Below, piece by piece: positions 1 to 9,897 of a stretch of 64,000 bases of DNA. The notes beneath the pieces are model-generated. The model worked only from the letters and a program-made list of their open reading frames with translations, ran no database searches and was not told the origin of the DNA. How positions within the stretch are numbered: the first letter of the stretch is position 1; every line of letters starts with the position of its first letter. Source of the DNA: Planctomycetota bacterium (GTDB lineage Bacteria > Planctomycetota > PLA2 > JAEUHO01); the NCBI GenBank assembly GCA_965222115.1, contig CBDCTJ010000007.1, positions 480,001-544,000 on the forward strand, in the 5' to 3' direction. The translations under genes and the position numbers were made by a program.

Positions 1-1168
1 AGCGGCCTAGTAGTGATTCGCGGGGCCGCGCAAGACCCAGAAAGCGTTCCAACGTGTCTGTCATGCGTTGGGACTCAGCCCGTAACGTTCGCCTGGTTTG
101 CTGCAATACGTTCTCGTCATGCGCGTGTTCCAGCAGACTCAGGGCGAACTGCATGGAGTTGAGTGGGTTGCGAATCTCGTGGGCAACCAGTGCTGCCAGC
201 GCACCCATGTCCGCTAGACGTCGTTCTTCTTCCACGCGATCGCGCAGATCTACTTCTCGGAGCGCGGCCCGCCGCTGCACAACGACGGTCCAGGCCACAC
301 CGAGCAGACCGAGTGCTGCGGCAACGCACGCCCAAAGCAGAATCCACATGCGGGTGCGTGTGACGATGTGATCGGCAAACGCCGTCGCAAGTGCCACGCG
401 AATCTGAATGGGCGTCCGATTCTCCAAAACAAGCGGGACCGTGGTGATCAGCGCGTCTTCGCTTACCCGAAACGACTCTGCTACTGGCGCGTCGTCGTGC
501 GAGGAGGACTGATCGACGTCAACAGCACGAACACCGGGTTGTTGCCGGAGGCGATCCAGGAGCGCACGAATGCCAAAGCGGTCTCGCAGGGCGTGAAGCG
601 CTTCTGCATTTACGCGCAGCAGCAAGGCGGTGCCATCGGCGCGGCCGTACACAACACCAAACCGCTCGCGAGTTCCAAATGCGTTTCTGCGAACGCCCTC
701 AACAGCACAAGATCCGGGAGGGGGCATTGCTTCGGCGACCGACTGGAGAATGTCTCGCACTTCCATGCGACGCGTGTCTTCTGGCCGAATCAACGACGGC
801 CCTCCGGTGGGAACGCGCGCGGGGTATCGTGCGCTTGCAAGTACGCCACGGTTCGGATCTACCAGGTAGAGGCGTGAAATACGATCCACGTGTGCAATCT
901 TTTCCAACACGCGTTCTCGAGGGTGTCGCCAGTGAATCAACGCCTCATCAATCCGGCGCGCGCTGGTCTCAAGGCGCCTGGCCAACTGGTGCTCTGCCTC
1001 TTCAAGGCGCCCAGCAGCTTCCGCCGCAGCGCTGCGGAGCATGCGAGCAACCGTGATCCCCTCATCACGTAGTGAGGCATAACGATCTCGACCGACGCGG
1101 TCCCATGACACCCACGCGACAACCCCGAGACAGAGAAGAAGCAGCAAAGACAATCGCAGGCCACGCAA
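1..1168 (-). CDS. Membrane sensor histidine kinase (truncated by the window edge; absent from the ORF track)
   Basis: Hand translation of the minus strand from TTG at 1168 gives MRGLRLSLLLLLCLGVVAWVSW (TM1), a periplasmic domain, WILLWACVAAALGLLGVAWTVVV (TM2) and the H-box LAALVAHEIRNPLNSM; the frame stays open to the window start. Confidence 0.88.
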   Translation of the reverse strand, partial: MRGLRLSLLLLLCLGVVAWVSWDRVGRDRYASLRDEGITVARMLRSAAAEAAGRLEEAEHQLARRLETSARRIDEALIHWRHPRERVLEKIAHVDRISRLYLVDPNRGVLASARYPARVPTGGPSLIRPEDTRRMEVRDILQSVAEAMPPPGSCAVEGVRRNAFGTRERFGVVYGRADGTALLLRVNAEALHALRDRFGIRALLDRLRQQPGVRAVDVDQSSSHDDAPVAESFRVSEDALITTVPLVLENRTPIQIRVALATAFADHIVTRTRMWILLWACVAAALGLLGVAWTVVVQRRAALREVDLRDRVEEERRLADMGALAALVAHEIRNPLNSMQFALSLLEHAHDENVLQQTRRTLRAESQRMTDTLERFLGLARPRESLLGR

Positions 1169-1422
1169 TGAGGGGAATCCGCCCTACCCTCTGCCGCGCC
1201 CGATGTGAGTCTACGCGGATTCGCACATTCCAAGAGATTCGGCGCAACGACCGAGCACCGGAGGGGCTTTTCACTATCACCTCACGAACGCCTCTCCAAA
1301 ATCACTCACCATCGGGGGACGTAAAGGCCCTTTGTGTCGTCCAAATCTTCGGCAGTAGTATGGAGCGCGGCGCAAACGGTGCATCCGGCACGCACCCAAA
1401 GCGCGAAGCAGGAGGTTGGGCT

Positions 1423-2430
1423 ATGCGAACAAGGGTACGGAATCGCTATTTCCGCGCATGGGCAGTTGGCTGCGCGTTTCTAGTCACGCTCTTCGTGATG
1501 CCGACAAGTGCCAAAGCCGGTGATTGCCACGAGTACCGTTCGTGCGAATCGAATCGCTGCGGATCGAGTCGCTATGAATCGAGTCGTTGCGGCGACAGAC
1601 ATGGACGCGTTCGTGGCCGCGATTGCTACGACACATGCCGCCCGCGCAGCCGGCTCCATGGCTACGGCTCGTCGTGGCGTGTTCTGCGTGCCCACATTCG
1701 AGCCCGCCGCGCTGTGCGCCAGGCTTATTTTCATCACTACTTCATTCGTCGCTTTGCCCGCGGTGCCCATTCGCGTCATGCATTGCGTCCCAATGTTTTG
1801 GTGAAGCCCTCTTCCACCCGCTGGGTTGCGCGGCCCTATCTGGATCGTGGTCTTGCGCGCTTTCACTTTGCCGAGTACCGAGGTGCGCGAGAGGACTTTG
1901 ACGCCATCCTTGTGCGCCAGCCTAAGAACATCGAGGCCCTTTACGGGCGCACCATGAGTTCGCTTTGCCTCAACGAATGGGAACGCGCCGTTGAAGACAT
2001 TCGTCGCTTGGCCAGCTACGACGAGTTGAAGCGCGGCGATCGCCTGGCGGCCGACGAGCTCTTCGCCAAGTCGCGCGCGCTACCGAGCCTCTTACAGGGT
2101 CTTACCTCGTATCGACGCTACAACCCCATGGATGGCGACGCGCGCATCGCAAGCGTGTGGCTCAACTGGATCACCGGGGACCTCGATCGCGCGCGTGAGG
2201 TCCACGCCTTTGCGAGCCAGAAGTCGCCCAAGGACAAGCTACTACAGCATCTCGGCGCGTTACTCAAATCCGAACCGGGCACGCCAAATGCAAAGCCGAC
2301 GCCGGCCGCTGAGCAAACGCCGGTTAAGAAGGGCGAGGAGCGTGCAGCGCCAACGCCCACGGATAAGCCGCTTCAGGCCCCACCCGCGCGCTTGCCGCCA
2401 GTCGCCACGTCCTCGACCAAGCCCGCCTAA
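1423..2430 (+). CDS. Secreted TPR-repeat protein with Cys/Arg-rich N-terminus and Pro/Ala-rich tail
   Basis: GGAGG RBS before ATG 1423 (track ORF starts 1072); signal-peptide-like AWAVGCAFLVTLFVMPTSAKA; TPR-like YLDRGLARFHFAEYRGAREDFD...PKNIEALYGR. Confidence 0.7.
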   Translation: MRTRVRNRYFRAWAVGCAFLVTLFVMPTSAKAGDCHEYRSCESNRCGSSRYESSRCGDRHGRVRGRDCYDTCRPRSRLHGYGSSWRVLRAHIRARRAVRQAYFHHYFIRRFARGAHSRHALRPNVLVKPSSTRWVARPYLDRGLARFHFAEYRGAREDFDAILVRQPKNIEALYGRTMSSLCLNEWERAVEDIRRLASYDELKRGDRLAADELFAKSRALPSLLQGLTSYRRYNPMDGDARIASVWLNWITGDLDRAREVHAFASQKSPKDKLLQHLGALLKSEPGTPNAKPTPAAEQTPVKKGEERAAPTPTDKPLQAPPARLPPVATSSTKPA

Positions 2431-2529
2431 CGCAGCGACAACTCGCAGCGGCAGCCCAACGCGAAGGGCCCCGCACCGCGATTTCGTCGCGGGGATTGCC
2501 TCCACCTCGACTAAGGTTTGCGGCTCGCT

Positions 2530-2587
2530 GGTGCTCGAAGCGCGCGTGTTTCGAGCCACCCGCGGCAGCGCTTTCGAGCGCGGCTGC
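2530..2587 (+). promoter_or_regulatory. Two hairpins in the rpsD 5' leader
   Basis: GGTG-CTCGAAGCGC/GTGTTTCGAG-C-CACC stem followed by a GCAGC-GCT-ttcg-AGC...GCTGC stem, upstream of the AGGAG RBS. Confidence 0.4.
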
Positions 2588-2642
2588 GACGTGCCCGTAG
2601 AGGGATCCAGTCGTTCGGAACCCCGCCGTTAGGAGAAGATCC

Positions 2643-3251
2643 ATGGGCCGTTATACCGGACCGAAGGTTAAGAAGTCCAAGCGCGTGCGCGCGCCCATCG
2701 CTGAAACCACCAAACACATGAAGGCCGATCTCGAACGCGGACCCGGTGTCCACGGCATGAGTCGTCGGCGCAAGACCACCATCTACGGTCAGCGCTTGCG
2801 CGAAAAGCAAAAGCTCGCGTTCTTCTATCACGTGTCCAATGGCCAGTTCGTGCGCTACATGAAGGAGGCCAAGTCAAGCCCGGTTAACACCGCCGACAAG
2901 CTCAATGAGTTGCTCGAACGCCGGCTCGACAATGTCGTTCGCCGCGCCGCATTCACGCGCACCATTTGGCAAGCGCGTCAAGTGGTTGTCCATGGCCACA
3001 TTCAAGTGAACGGCAAGAAAGTTGACCGTCCTTCGTTTCAGGTCAAGGTCGGCGATGAAATCACTGTGCGCGGCAAGAGCAAAAAGGCCATCACCGCCAT
3101 GGCCGAGTCGGTCGACGCCGGCACGATCGTGCCCAACTGGCTAAGCGCCGACAGCGAAAAGCTCACCGCCAAAGTCCAGCGCCTCCCGGAACCCGAAGAG
3201 ACCTTCCGTCCCTTTCAGACCGACATGCAGTTGGTTGTCGAGTTCTACTAG
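2643..3251 (+). CDS. rpsD: 30S ribosomal protein S4
   Basis: MGRYTGPK, YGQRLREKQK, LERRLDNVV, ARQVVVHGHIQVNGKKVDRPSFQV, LVVEFY; AGGAG RBS. Confidence 0.98.
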   Translation: MGRYTGPKVKKSKRVRAPIAETTKHMKADLERGPGVHGMSRRRKTTIYGQRLREKQKLAFFYHVSNGQFVRYMKEAKSSPVNTADKLNELLERRLDNVVRRAAFTRTIWQARQVVVHGHIQVNGKKVDRPSFQVKVGDEITVRGKSKKAITAMAESVDAGTIVPNWLSADSEKLTAKVQRLPEPEETFRPFQTDMQLVVEFY

Positions 3252-3257
3252 GCTGGG

Positions 3258-3776
3258 CTAGACGAACGGCTTGCCCACCACTTCGCCGCCGATGGAGTAG
3301 CGGACACCGCGCGTGACCTTGGTCACGCGGTGCATGATGTAGGACGGGTAGATCAAGAGCGTGCCGCGTCGCGTGCCCGCGGTGTGGGTCTCGTTGGCAA
3401 ACAGCTCGAGATTGCCGCCGCCGTAATCCTTGGGGTTGCTCAGTTGAATGAGCGTGGTGATCTTTCGCTTGGCAATGTCGCCGTCACCGAGATCCATATG
3501 CCAATCGAAGAAATCACCGCGGGTGTATCGGTAGATCTCGCCCGACACGGAGAGTTTGCCGTTGTAGCGCCAATATGCCTTGTTGGCTTTGTCCACCGCG
3601 CGTCGTAGCTTGTCGAAGATCTTCGTCGGCATCGTCACGATGGATGTGCGCTTGGAGATGTACTCCCTGTTCTCTTTGTAGGCGCCGCCGTGACCGTGAT
3701 CCTGGCCCCATAGGGCGATCAATTCATCGCATTCTTTGGCCGTCAATAAGTGCTGTTCGTGAAACGGCTCTTTCAT
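3258..3776 (-). CDS. 2OG-Fe(II) oxygenase (prolyl-4-hydroxylase-like)
   Basis: HxD motif (FFDWHMD), DYGGGNL, HRVTKVTRGVRYS; likely start MKEPF at 3776. Confidence 0.88.
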   Translation of the reverse strand: MKEPFHEQHLLTAKECDELIALWGQDHGHGGAYKENREYISKRTSIVTMPTKIFDKLRRAVDKANKAYWRYNGKLSVSGEIYRYTRGDFFDWHMDLGDGDIAKRKITTLIQLSNPKDYGGGNLELFANETHTAGTRRGTLLIYPSYIMHRVTKVTRGVRYSIGGEVVGKPFV

Positions 3777-3986
3777 GGTCACGCTGAGGCTAGCAACCGC
3801 ACGCTCGATGCCAAGCATGAAATCACTGCCTGTTCAACCGTTGTTGCCACAACAGCACCGCCGAGTGGTTACTTGTTGCAACGAGCCCGGGAACTCCATC
3901 CCGGTGTCGCAAAGCTGTTTCAGTTCACGCAGGAAGATGAGACGTTTCCTAAGTTGGACCGCCATACGTCCGTGGAGATCAATCCA

Positions 3987-4505
3987 ATGCGAAACAGAAC
4001 GAGAAAGACCTCATTGGCGACTCTCGCGATCCTCGGACCATTACTTTGTGTTGCTTCAGCGGAGGAACTACCCGTGAAAAGCGATGTGCCAAACGGGAAG
4101 AAGGTGCTGGCATCCATGACGTGGCTGGCGGGAGCGTGGCAAGGCAAAGCGTGGGGCGGAACCTTTCGCGCCTACTACAGCACGCCCGACGGCGGCAAAG
4201 TGGTCGGACGCAGCCAACTCTTGAAAGACGACAAGATCAGCTTTCACGAGTTTGAAGTCTTCGAAGTCCTGGGCAAATCACTCACTCTTCAGCCCTACCC
4301 GGGTGGGAAGCCTGCGGCATCTCTTGTCTTTAACACCAAGGCGTCGAGCGCGAAACGAGCGGTGTTTGAAAACCCAAAGAACGACTACCCCAAGCGCATT
4401 CAGTACGAACGCGCCGACGACAAGCGGCTTGTGATCAAACTATCCAACCCGGGTCAGAAGGACGGCAAGCAAGAAACATTCGATTTGACGCGTGTGGCGG
4501 AGTGA
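3987..4505 (+). CDS. Secreted beta-barrel protein, DUF6265-like
   Basis: GGAGA RBS before ATG 3987; signal peptide; WLAGAWQG and VFENPKNDYPKRIQY motifs typical of this family. Confidence 0.72.
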   Translation: MRNRTRKTSLATLAILGPLLCVASAEELPVKSDVPNGKKVLASMTWLAGAWQGKAWGGTFRAYYSTPDGGKVVGRSQLLKDDKISFHEFEVFEVLGKSLTLQPYPGGKPAASLVFNTKASSAKRAVFENPKNDYPKRIQYERADDKRLVIKLSNPGQKDGKQETFDLTRVAE

Positions 4506-4591
4506 CGCGACACGATCACTTGGCACAATCTAAGATCTCGCGAGTGTCGGTTTGATGTCGCGTGCAAGTACGTACTCACGCGTGTAGAGGA

Positions 4592-5065
4592 CTAGTCCTT
4601 GTCTTTCGCGATTGGCTTCAACTTCTCCAATAGGTCGGTCAGTCCACACGCTGCAAACTCGAACGCGTACGCGCCGTATTCGGTAAGGACCCGAGACACA
4701 AGCGAACGCGCGGCATCCTCGTCACCCAACTCATAGGCCGCCTGCGCGGAACCAAGTAGCGCACAGACGGTGGATCTCGAGTGCCCCTCAATGATTCGTT
4801 CGTTGAGTTTTGCGGATTGACTGTAGAGGGCGCGAGCCTCTTCGTATTTTGATGCATCAAGCAGAAACATCGCGCGAAAGCCTATTATTTCAACAAGCGA
4901 GTATCCCCAGGCAGCATCGTCATCCGTGCGAGACTCAGCGATCTCCTGCAGGTGCTCAAGTCGCTCGTCCAAGGTTGGATCTACGCCCTCATCTGTAACA
5001 CAAGTCAAAAGTGTGTTCTTAAGCTCTTCGTTCCACTGCGTGTGCTTCATCTTACATCTATCCAT
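4592..5065 (-). CDS. Hypothetical acidic helical (TPR-like) protein
   Basis: 157-aa ORF filling the gap; YEEARALY and AQAAYELGDEDAARSL patterns; appears more AT-rich than its neighbours. Confidence 0.6.
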   Translation of the reverse strand: MDRCKMKHTQWNEELKNTLLTCVTDEGVDPTLDERLEHLQEIAESRTDDDAAWGYSLVEIIGFRAMFLLDASKYEEARALYSQSAKLNERIIEGHSRSTVCALLGSAQAAYELGDEDAARSLVSRVLTEYGAYAFEFAACGLTDLLEKLKPIAKDKD

Positions 5066-5169
5066 CGTGGTGTTCGATCCGAATCAACGACTACAATCTA
5101 GCTCGCACGGCACAGCATCGCGCGACGAATCTACGACTTAACGGCGAGGTGTCGCAATACTAGTACTTC

Positions 5170-6000
5170 ATGACCGCTTCACCGTCTCGCACGCCCACAC
5201 GCCGCCACAAACTTCGACGAATCATGCTCATCGTTCTCGCCACCTACCTCGGCATCTGCGCGCTGGCGTATGTGTTTCAACGCAAGCTGATGTACTTTCC
5301 CGATGCACGCGCAGTCGCACCGCACGCGGGCATGCAACACGTGGATTTGGTGACAAGCGACGGTGTTTCATTGGCTGCTACGTGGTTGCCGGGAACATCC
5401 GATGTGGCGTTTGTTTTGTTCCATGGCAACGCCGGTCATCGTAGGCATCGCTTTGATCTCTACGCGCCCCTGCAACGACGCGGGCACTCGATTCTCTTTC
5501 TCGACTACCGCGGTTATGGCGGCAGTGCGGGCTCACCAACCGAAGCGGGACTCTTGCTCGATGCCGAGGCCGCCGTGACGTGGTTGTCGAAGCACGCGGC
5601 AAACAGTCAAATCGTGTATTTTGGCGAGTCCCTTGGTTGTAGCGTCGCACTTGCGTTAGCGGCGCGTCATCCACCAAACGGCATCGTGCTTCAGAGCGGT
5701 GGGCTCGATCTGGGCGCTGTCGCGCAAGGGCACTACCCATTTCTACCAGTCAAGTGGTTGCTGCGCGATCGCTTCGACAACCGAAAGGCGGCGCCACACG
5801 TCACATGCCCGGCGCTCGTGATTCACGGCGCAAACGACACTATCGTTCCCATGCGCCATGGACGCTCAATCTATGACGCATTACCCGGGACGAAGCAATG
5901 GCTAGAACTCCCCACGGCGGGTCACAACGATGTCGTCACAGAAGGAGGTGCGGCCTACTTCAAGGCGATTGATACGTTTGTTCGCGGGTTGGGGCGCTAA
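5170..6000 (+). CDS. Alpha/beta hydrolase (Bem46/ABHD-like) with N-terminal TM anchor
   Basis: FHGNAG, DYRGYGGS, nucleophile GESLG, HGANDTIVP, GHND. Confidence 0.93.
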   Translation: MTASPSRTPTRRHKLRRIMLIVLATYLGICALAYVFQRKLMYFPDARAVAPHAGMQHVDLVTSDGVSLAATWLPGTSDVAFVLFHGNAGHRRHRFDLYAPLQRRGHSILFLDYRGYGGSAGSPTEAGLLLDAEAAVTWLSKHAANSQIVYFGESLGCSVALALAARHPPNGIVLQSGGLDLGAVAQGHYPFLPVKWLLRDRFDNRKAAPHVTCPALVIHGANDTIVPMRHGRSIYDALPGTKQWLELPTAGHNDVVTEGGAAYFKAIDTFVRGLGR

Positions 6001-6137
6001 CACACACCGAGTGAGGCGACGTCAATCTACAATGCTTACATAATTCCCACATAGCGCACATGCCTGCTCCACACAATGTTTGTAGCCTACCGCCGATCAA
6101 TACCCGCTACCTGGGTGCGTTTTCGGAGGCTCCATTC

Positions 6138-8183
6138 ATGACAACACCGCAAGACACTATGATTGAACGCGATGCGCCTACCGACTTCACGGAACCGAAA
6201 CCATCCCACACCGTACACGATGTCCGTAGCCAGGCAGGATCCGGCGAAACGCTGCAATCCATCGTACAGCGGCGACTTTCACGACGTGACGCGCTGAAGG
6301 GCGGCCTTGGACTCGCCGTGACGACGCTGTTTGCCGGTGCAGGGCTTTCGGGATGCGGCTCCAGTGGCAGTTCCAACAGCGCGGTGCTACCGACCCTTCC
6401 CACGCTGAACTTCGATTCGATTCCTGGTAGCTCGGCAGACGCACTCGCGGTCGCCGCGGGTTACGAAACCGAAGTGTTGATTCCTTGGGGTACGCCCATC
6501 CTCGGAAGCATGCCCGCCTTTGATGACTCGGGCGCTTCGAGCAACTCCGCCGCCCAGCAGGCAGAGCAGATAGGAAGCAATCACGACGGCATGACCTTCT
6601 TCCCCGTAGCAGGTAGCAGCACACATGGAATCCTGGTGCTAAACCACGAATACAGAAACAGCGGCACCCTTTTCGGCAATGCAGGTCGAACGGAAGACGG
6701 TTCGGGGGCGCCGACCGATCCTGATCAGGTGCGCAAGTCGATCAACGCGCACGGCATTAGTGTCGTTGAGATCATGAAGACCGCAAGCGGGTGGACCGTT
6801 GTCAACTCTACACTCAATCGACGCATTACGGCGGCAACGCCAATGCAGTTCTCAGGGCCAGCGGCGGGTGATGACCTGCTAATCACCAAGTACGATGTGG
6901 CAGGCATGTCCACACGTGGCACGGTAAATAACTGCGGCAACGGCGAAACGCCCTGGGGCACGTACCTCACGTGCGAAGAGAATATTCAGGGCTACTTGAT
7001 CGACACGTCGGCAACCGTGGCTCCGGAGAAATCGCGCTACGGCATCAACGATGCGGGCTTTGGCTATTTGTGGTCAAACGTCGCTGGTGATGCAAGCGAA
7101 GTGAATGACGAGTTTGCACGCTGGAACACAACCCCCAGTGGTGCGGACGCGACCACGGACTACCGAAACGAAGCCAACTGTTTCGGATGGGTTGTTGAGA
7201 TCGATCCCAACAACGCATCAAGTACGCCCGTCAAGCGCACCGCGATGGGCCGTTTCCGGCACGAGGGTTGCGCCACAAGCCGACCCATCAATGGACAGCC
7301 CTTGGCCTTCTACATGGGCGACGACGCGCGCTTTGAATACGTATACAAGTTCGTCACCGATGACAACTGGAACGCTGCTTCGCCACCGGCCGATATGCTT
7401 GACCGTGGCACGCTCTACGTGGCCAAACTCAATGACGACGGTACGGGCACGTGGCTACCACTCGACATCACACGGAGTCCGGCCCTAGCGGCACAGTTCT
7501 CCCGCCAGGCCGAAGTGCTTGTTTATACGCGTATGGCTGCGGATACGCTTGGCGCTACGAAAATGGATCGACCCGAATGGGCAACTGTCGATCCGCAAAC
7601 AGGCGAAGTGTATCTCACGCTCACCAACAACTCGCGTCGCGGCGATCCGGGCAATGAAGGCGCAACGTCCCCGAATCCACGCGCCCCCAACTCCCACGGC
7701 CACATCATTCGTATGCGTGAGGACGGCGACCGCGCGGACGCCGAGACGTTTACGTGGGACATCTTCGTTTTCGGTTCCAACGCAAGCGCCGCGGCATCGC
7801 AGAACATCTCGGGGCTCACGCTTGACAACGAGTTTGGTAGTCCCGACGGTCTGTGGATGGATCCGCGCGGTCTCCTGTGGATTCAAACCGACAACGGCGC
7901 CCCGCTTGACTCAAACTCCAATGATCAACTGCTCGCCGTCATCCCAAGCGAACTACCGAACTCGGAGCGCGCCATTGACGGCAGCACGACGGATTATCTA
8001 CGCCGGATGTTTGTTGGCCCCGAAGGCTGCGAAGTAACCGGCATCACCATGACCCCCGACGCACGCACGCTGTTTGTCAACATCCAGCACCCACGCGGCA
8101 CATGGCCTGGCGGTGCCGGCACAATTCCTCGCTCGGCAACGGTTGCGATCTCGCGTACCGACGGTGGGACGATCGGGGTCTAG
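6138..8183 (+). CDS. phoX: PhoX-family alkaline phosphatase (DUF839), Tat-exported lipoprotein
   Basis: GGAGG RBS; twin-arginine SRRDALK and LSGC lipobox; NHDGM, LNHEY, NNCGNGETPWGTYLTCEEN, GRFRHE, MDRPEW, FVNIQHP. Confidence 0.95.
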   Translation: MTTPQDTMIERDAPTDFTEPKPSHTVHDVRSQAGSGETLQSIVQRRLSRRDALKGGLGLAVTTLFAGAGLSGCGSSGSSNSAVLPTLPTLNFDSIPGSSADALAVAAGYETEVLIPWGTPILGSMPAFDDSGASSNSAAQQAEQIGSNHDGMTFFPVAGSSTHGILVLNHEYRNSGTLFGNAGRTEDGSGAPTDPDQVRKSINAHGISVVEIMKTASGWTVVNSTLNRRITAATPMQFSGPAAGDDLLITKYDVAGMSTRGTVNNCGNGETPWGTYLTCEENIQGYLIDTSATVAPEKSRYGINDAGFGYLWSNVAGDASEVNDEFARWNTTPSGADATTDYRNEANCFGWVVEIDPNNASSTPVKRTAMGRFRHEGCATSRPINGQPLAFYMGDDARFEYVYKFVTDDNWNAASPPADMLDRGTLYVAKLNDDGTGTWLPLDITRSPALAAQFSRQAEVLVYTRMAADTLGATKMDRPEWATVDPQTGEVYLTLTNNSRRGDPGNEGATSPNPRAPNSHGHIIRMREDGDRADAETFTWDIFVFGSNASAAASQNISGLTLDNEFGSPDGLWMDPRGLLWIQTDNGAPLDSNSNDQLLAVIPSELPNSERAIDGSTTDYLRRMFVGPEGCEVTGITMTPDARTLFVNIQHPRGTWPGGAGTIPRSATVAISRTDGGTIGV

Positions 8184-8236
8184 CGAATCAACGGCATTTC
8201 GTGATCTATCTCAAGAAGTAGCGAGCTATGCGCTCG

Positions 8237-8746
8237 CTACATATAGCCGGGCTTGCTCCCTTCTAGCGGGACAAAGAACCAGGTACCGACGAGCAGCGCG
8301 GCGACCGCAATCCAGGTAAACGTGCCGAGGTCGGACGCGATCATCGTGCCGTAGGTGTCCTCCGCCCAAGCGGCGATTCGCTCGCGCTTGAGCATCGAGT
8401 CGAGGATGTCCGCGGACTGTAGTTCGTGAGAGACGCGAACGGCTCGTCGTATGAGACGAATGAACAGACTCGCCATGCACACCGGCACAGCGATCAGAAT
8501 CACTCGATCACACAGTAGTCGCCACGATTCGGGCCGGAAATCGACGTCCGGATTCCATGGCTTGACAAGCGTAACCACAACGAGCAGCGCGAATACAGCG
8601 AAGATGATAAGCGAAGGATAGGCGAAGCGCGAACCCAGAGCGATCCAGCCATAGATCAACACACCCACCATGATGACAAGTTGAAGCGCGGCCATCGTCA
8701 ACACGTGACGTTCGATTCGTTCCCGAAGCCAGTCAAGGGTACTCAT
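8237..8746 (-). CDS. Hypothetical membrane protein (~4 TM)
   Basis: Four hydrophobic segments; GGAG upstream of the start. Confidence 0.65.
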   Translation of the reverse strand: MSTLDWLRERIERHVLTMAALQLVIMVGVLIYGWIALGSRFAYPSLIIFAVFALLVVVTLVKPWNPDVDFRPESWRLLCDRVILIAVPVCMASLFIRLIRRAVRVSHELQSADILDSMLKRERIAAWAEDTYGTMIASDLGTFTWIAVAALLVGTWFFVPLEGSKPGYM

Positions 8747-8830
8747 TTGCTCGCCGTGTGCTCCACCTCAGGCTCACAAGATTCACTAGCATACACAGGT
8801 AGGAGCCGCGCGCCGGAGCGCCGCGAATCG

Positions 8831-9085
8831 CTACGTCTTCTTGTTGCCGGCTTCAACGCGCATGGCTGCCCAACGAATGAGGCCAATGAGCACAAGCAGA
8901 AAACCGGCGCCCGAAGTAAGCCCGATAATCATGCCCGCGATCGGAATGTTCGAGTCTGGCGCAAGCCACATGAGCACGCCTGTCCAGAAACCGGCAATGC
9001 CGACGAGCAGCAGACCTAACGATATCGTCTTGCGGGCCGATGGAGCGTCTTGAATCATGTCGTGCTCGCCCATGTGATAGCTCAT
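8831..9085 (-). CDS. Small hypothetical membrane protein (2 TM)
   Basis: Two hydrophobic helices; start uncertain. Confidence 0.55.
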   Translation of the reverse strand: MSYHMGEHDMIQDAPSARKTISLGLLLVGIAGFWTGVLMWLAPDSNIPIAGMIIGLTSGAGFLLVLIGLIRWAAMRVEAGNKKT

Positions 9086-9174
9086 GACTGCAAGGTACGA
9101 AGCGTCCTTCTTGTTGCGGTGCGGCCGAACCGTACGGCCACTGAATGTACCTTTCTAGCGCCACGTCTCAAACA

Positions 9175-9762
9175 TCAATGGTCTCCATACAGAAGCGCAT
9201 CCAACGACACGCGAACCACCTTGCGGCGGGCGCTCTTGGATGTGCCACTTAACGCCAACACGCCAAGACCCTGCAACGCCATATTCAGATACCGCGAAGC
9301 CGTCTTGGGGTCGTCGCAACGGAGCTCACCTCGATCGTTCGCATTCGCAATCGCCCTTTGAAACAACGTCTCGAGGCGCCTCATGTGTGCTCGGGCAATA
9401 CGAATCGCCTCCGCACCGACCTGTCTCCCATTTACGCATGTTTGCGTGACCAAGCAGGGCGCTGCGCTCTCGTCCATGGAGGCCACGATCATCTCAAAGA
9501 ACGCCTCGATGGCTCCGAACGAAGCATCGGGATGAGCGAGTGCATGAAACGCCGCCTGTGTCTCTGCACAGTAGTGTTCCAGCGCTCGTAAATACAACGA
9601 TTCTTTGTTGCCGAATGCGTTGTAGATGCTCTGCTCGCCCATCTGCATGGCGTTGCTGAGTATCTGCATCGACGTCGCTTTGAACCCACATTCGCGAAAC
9701 ACCAGCGCGGCAGCTGAGAGCGCCTGATGCTCGTCGAAATGTCTGGGGCGTCCGACAGTCAT
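9175..9762 (-). CDS. TetR/AcrR family transcriptional regulator
   Basis: GRPRHFD N-terminus; HTH GFKATSMQILSNAMQMGEQSIYNAFGNKESLY; NemR-like C-terminal pattern. Confidence 0.93.
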   Translation of the reverse strand: MTVGRPRHFDEHQALSAAALVFRECGFKATSMQILSNAMQMGEQSIYNAFGNKESLYLRALEHYCAETQAAFHALAHPDASFGAIEAFFEMIVASMDESAAPCLVTQTCVNGRQVGAEAIRIARAHMRRLETLFQRAIANANDRGELRCDDPKTASRYLNMALQGLGVLALSGTSKSARRKVVRVSLDALLYGDH

Positions 9763-9802
9763 AAGGCCCTAGTGTCATACGCGAAACCCACTTGGCAACG
9801 CA

Positions 9803-9824
9803 TTATTGAATATTTGCTCAATAA
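9803..9824. promoter_or_regulatory. Palindromic operator, probably bound by the adjacent TetR
   Basis: TTATTGA-N8-TCAATAA in the AT-rich divergent gap between tetR and the CDGSH-FMN gene. Confidence 0.7.
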
Positions 9825-9897
9825 ATACTTGTTCCAGAGCGAAGCCACTCGAAGATGACGAATCAATCGGATGCCGTGCGCCGTATTTGGAGCAGCC

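Noticed and set aside
3258-3776. 2OG oxygenase as a ribosomal-protein hydroxylase for the adjacent S4
   Set aside because: Convergent adjacency is the only link; no supporting motif.
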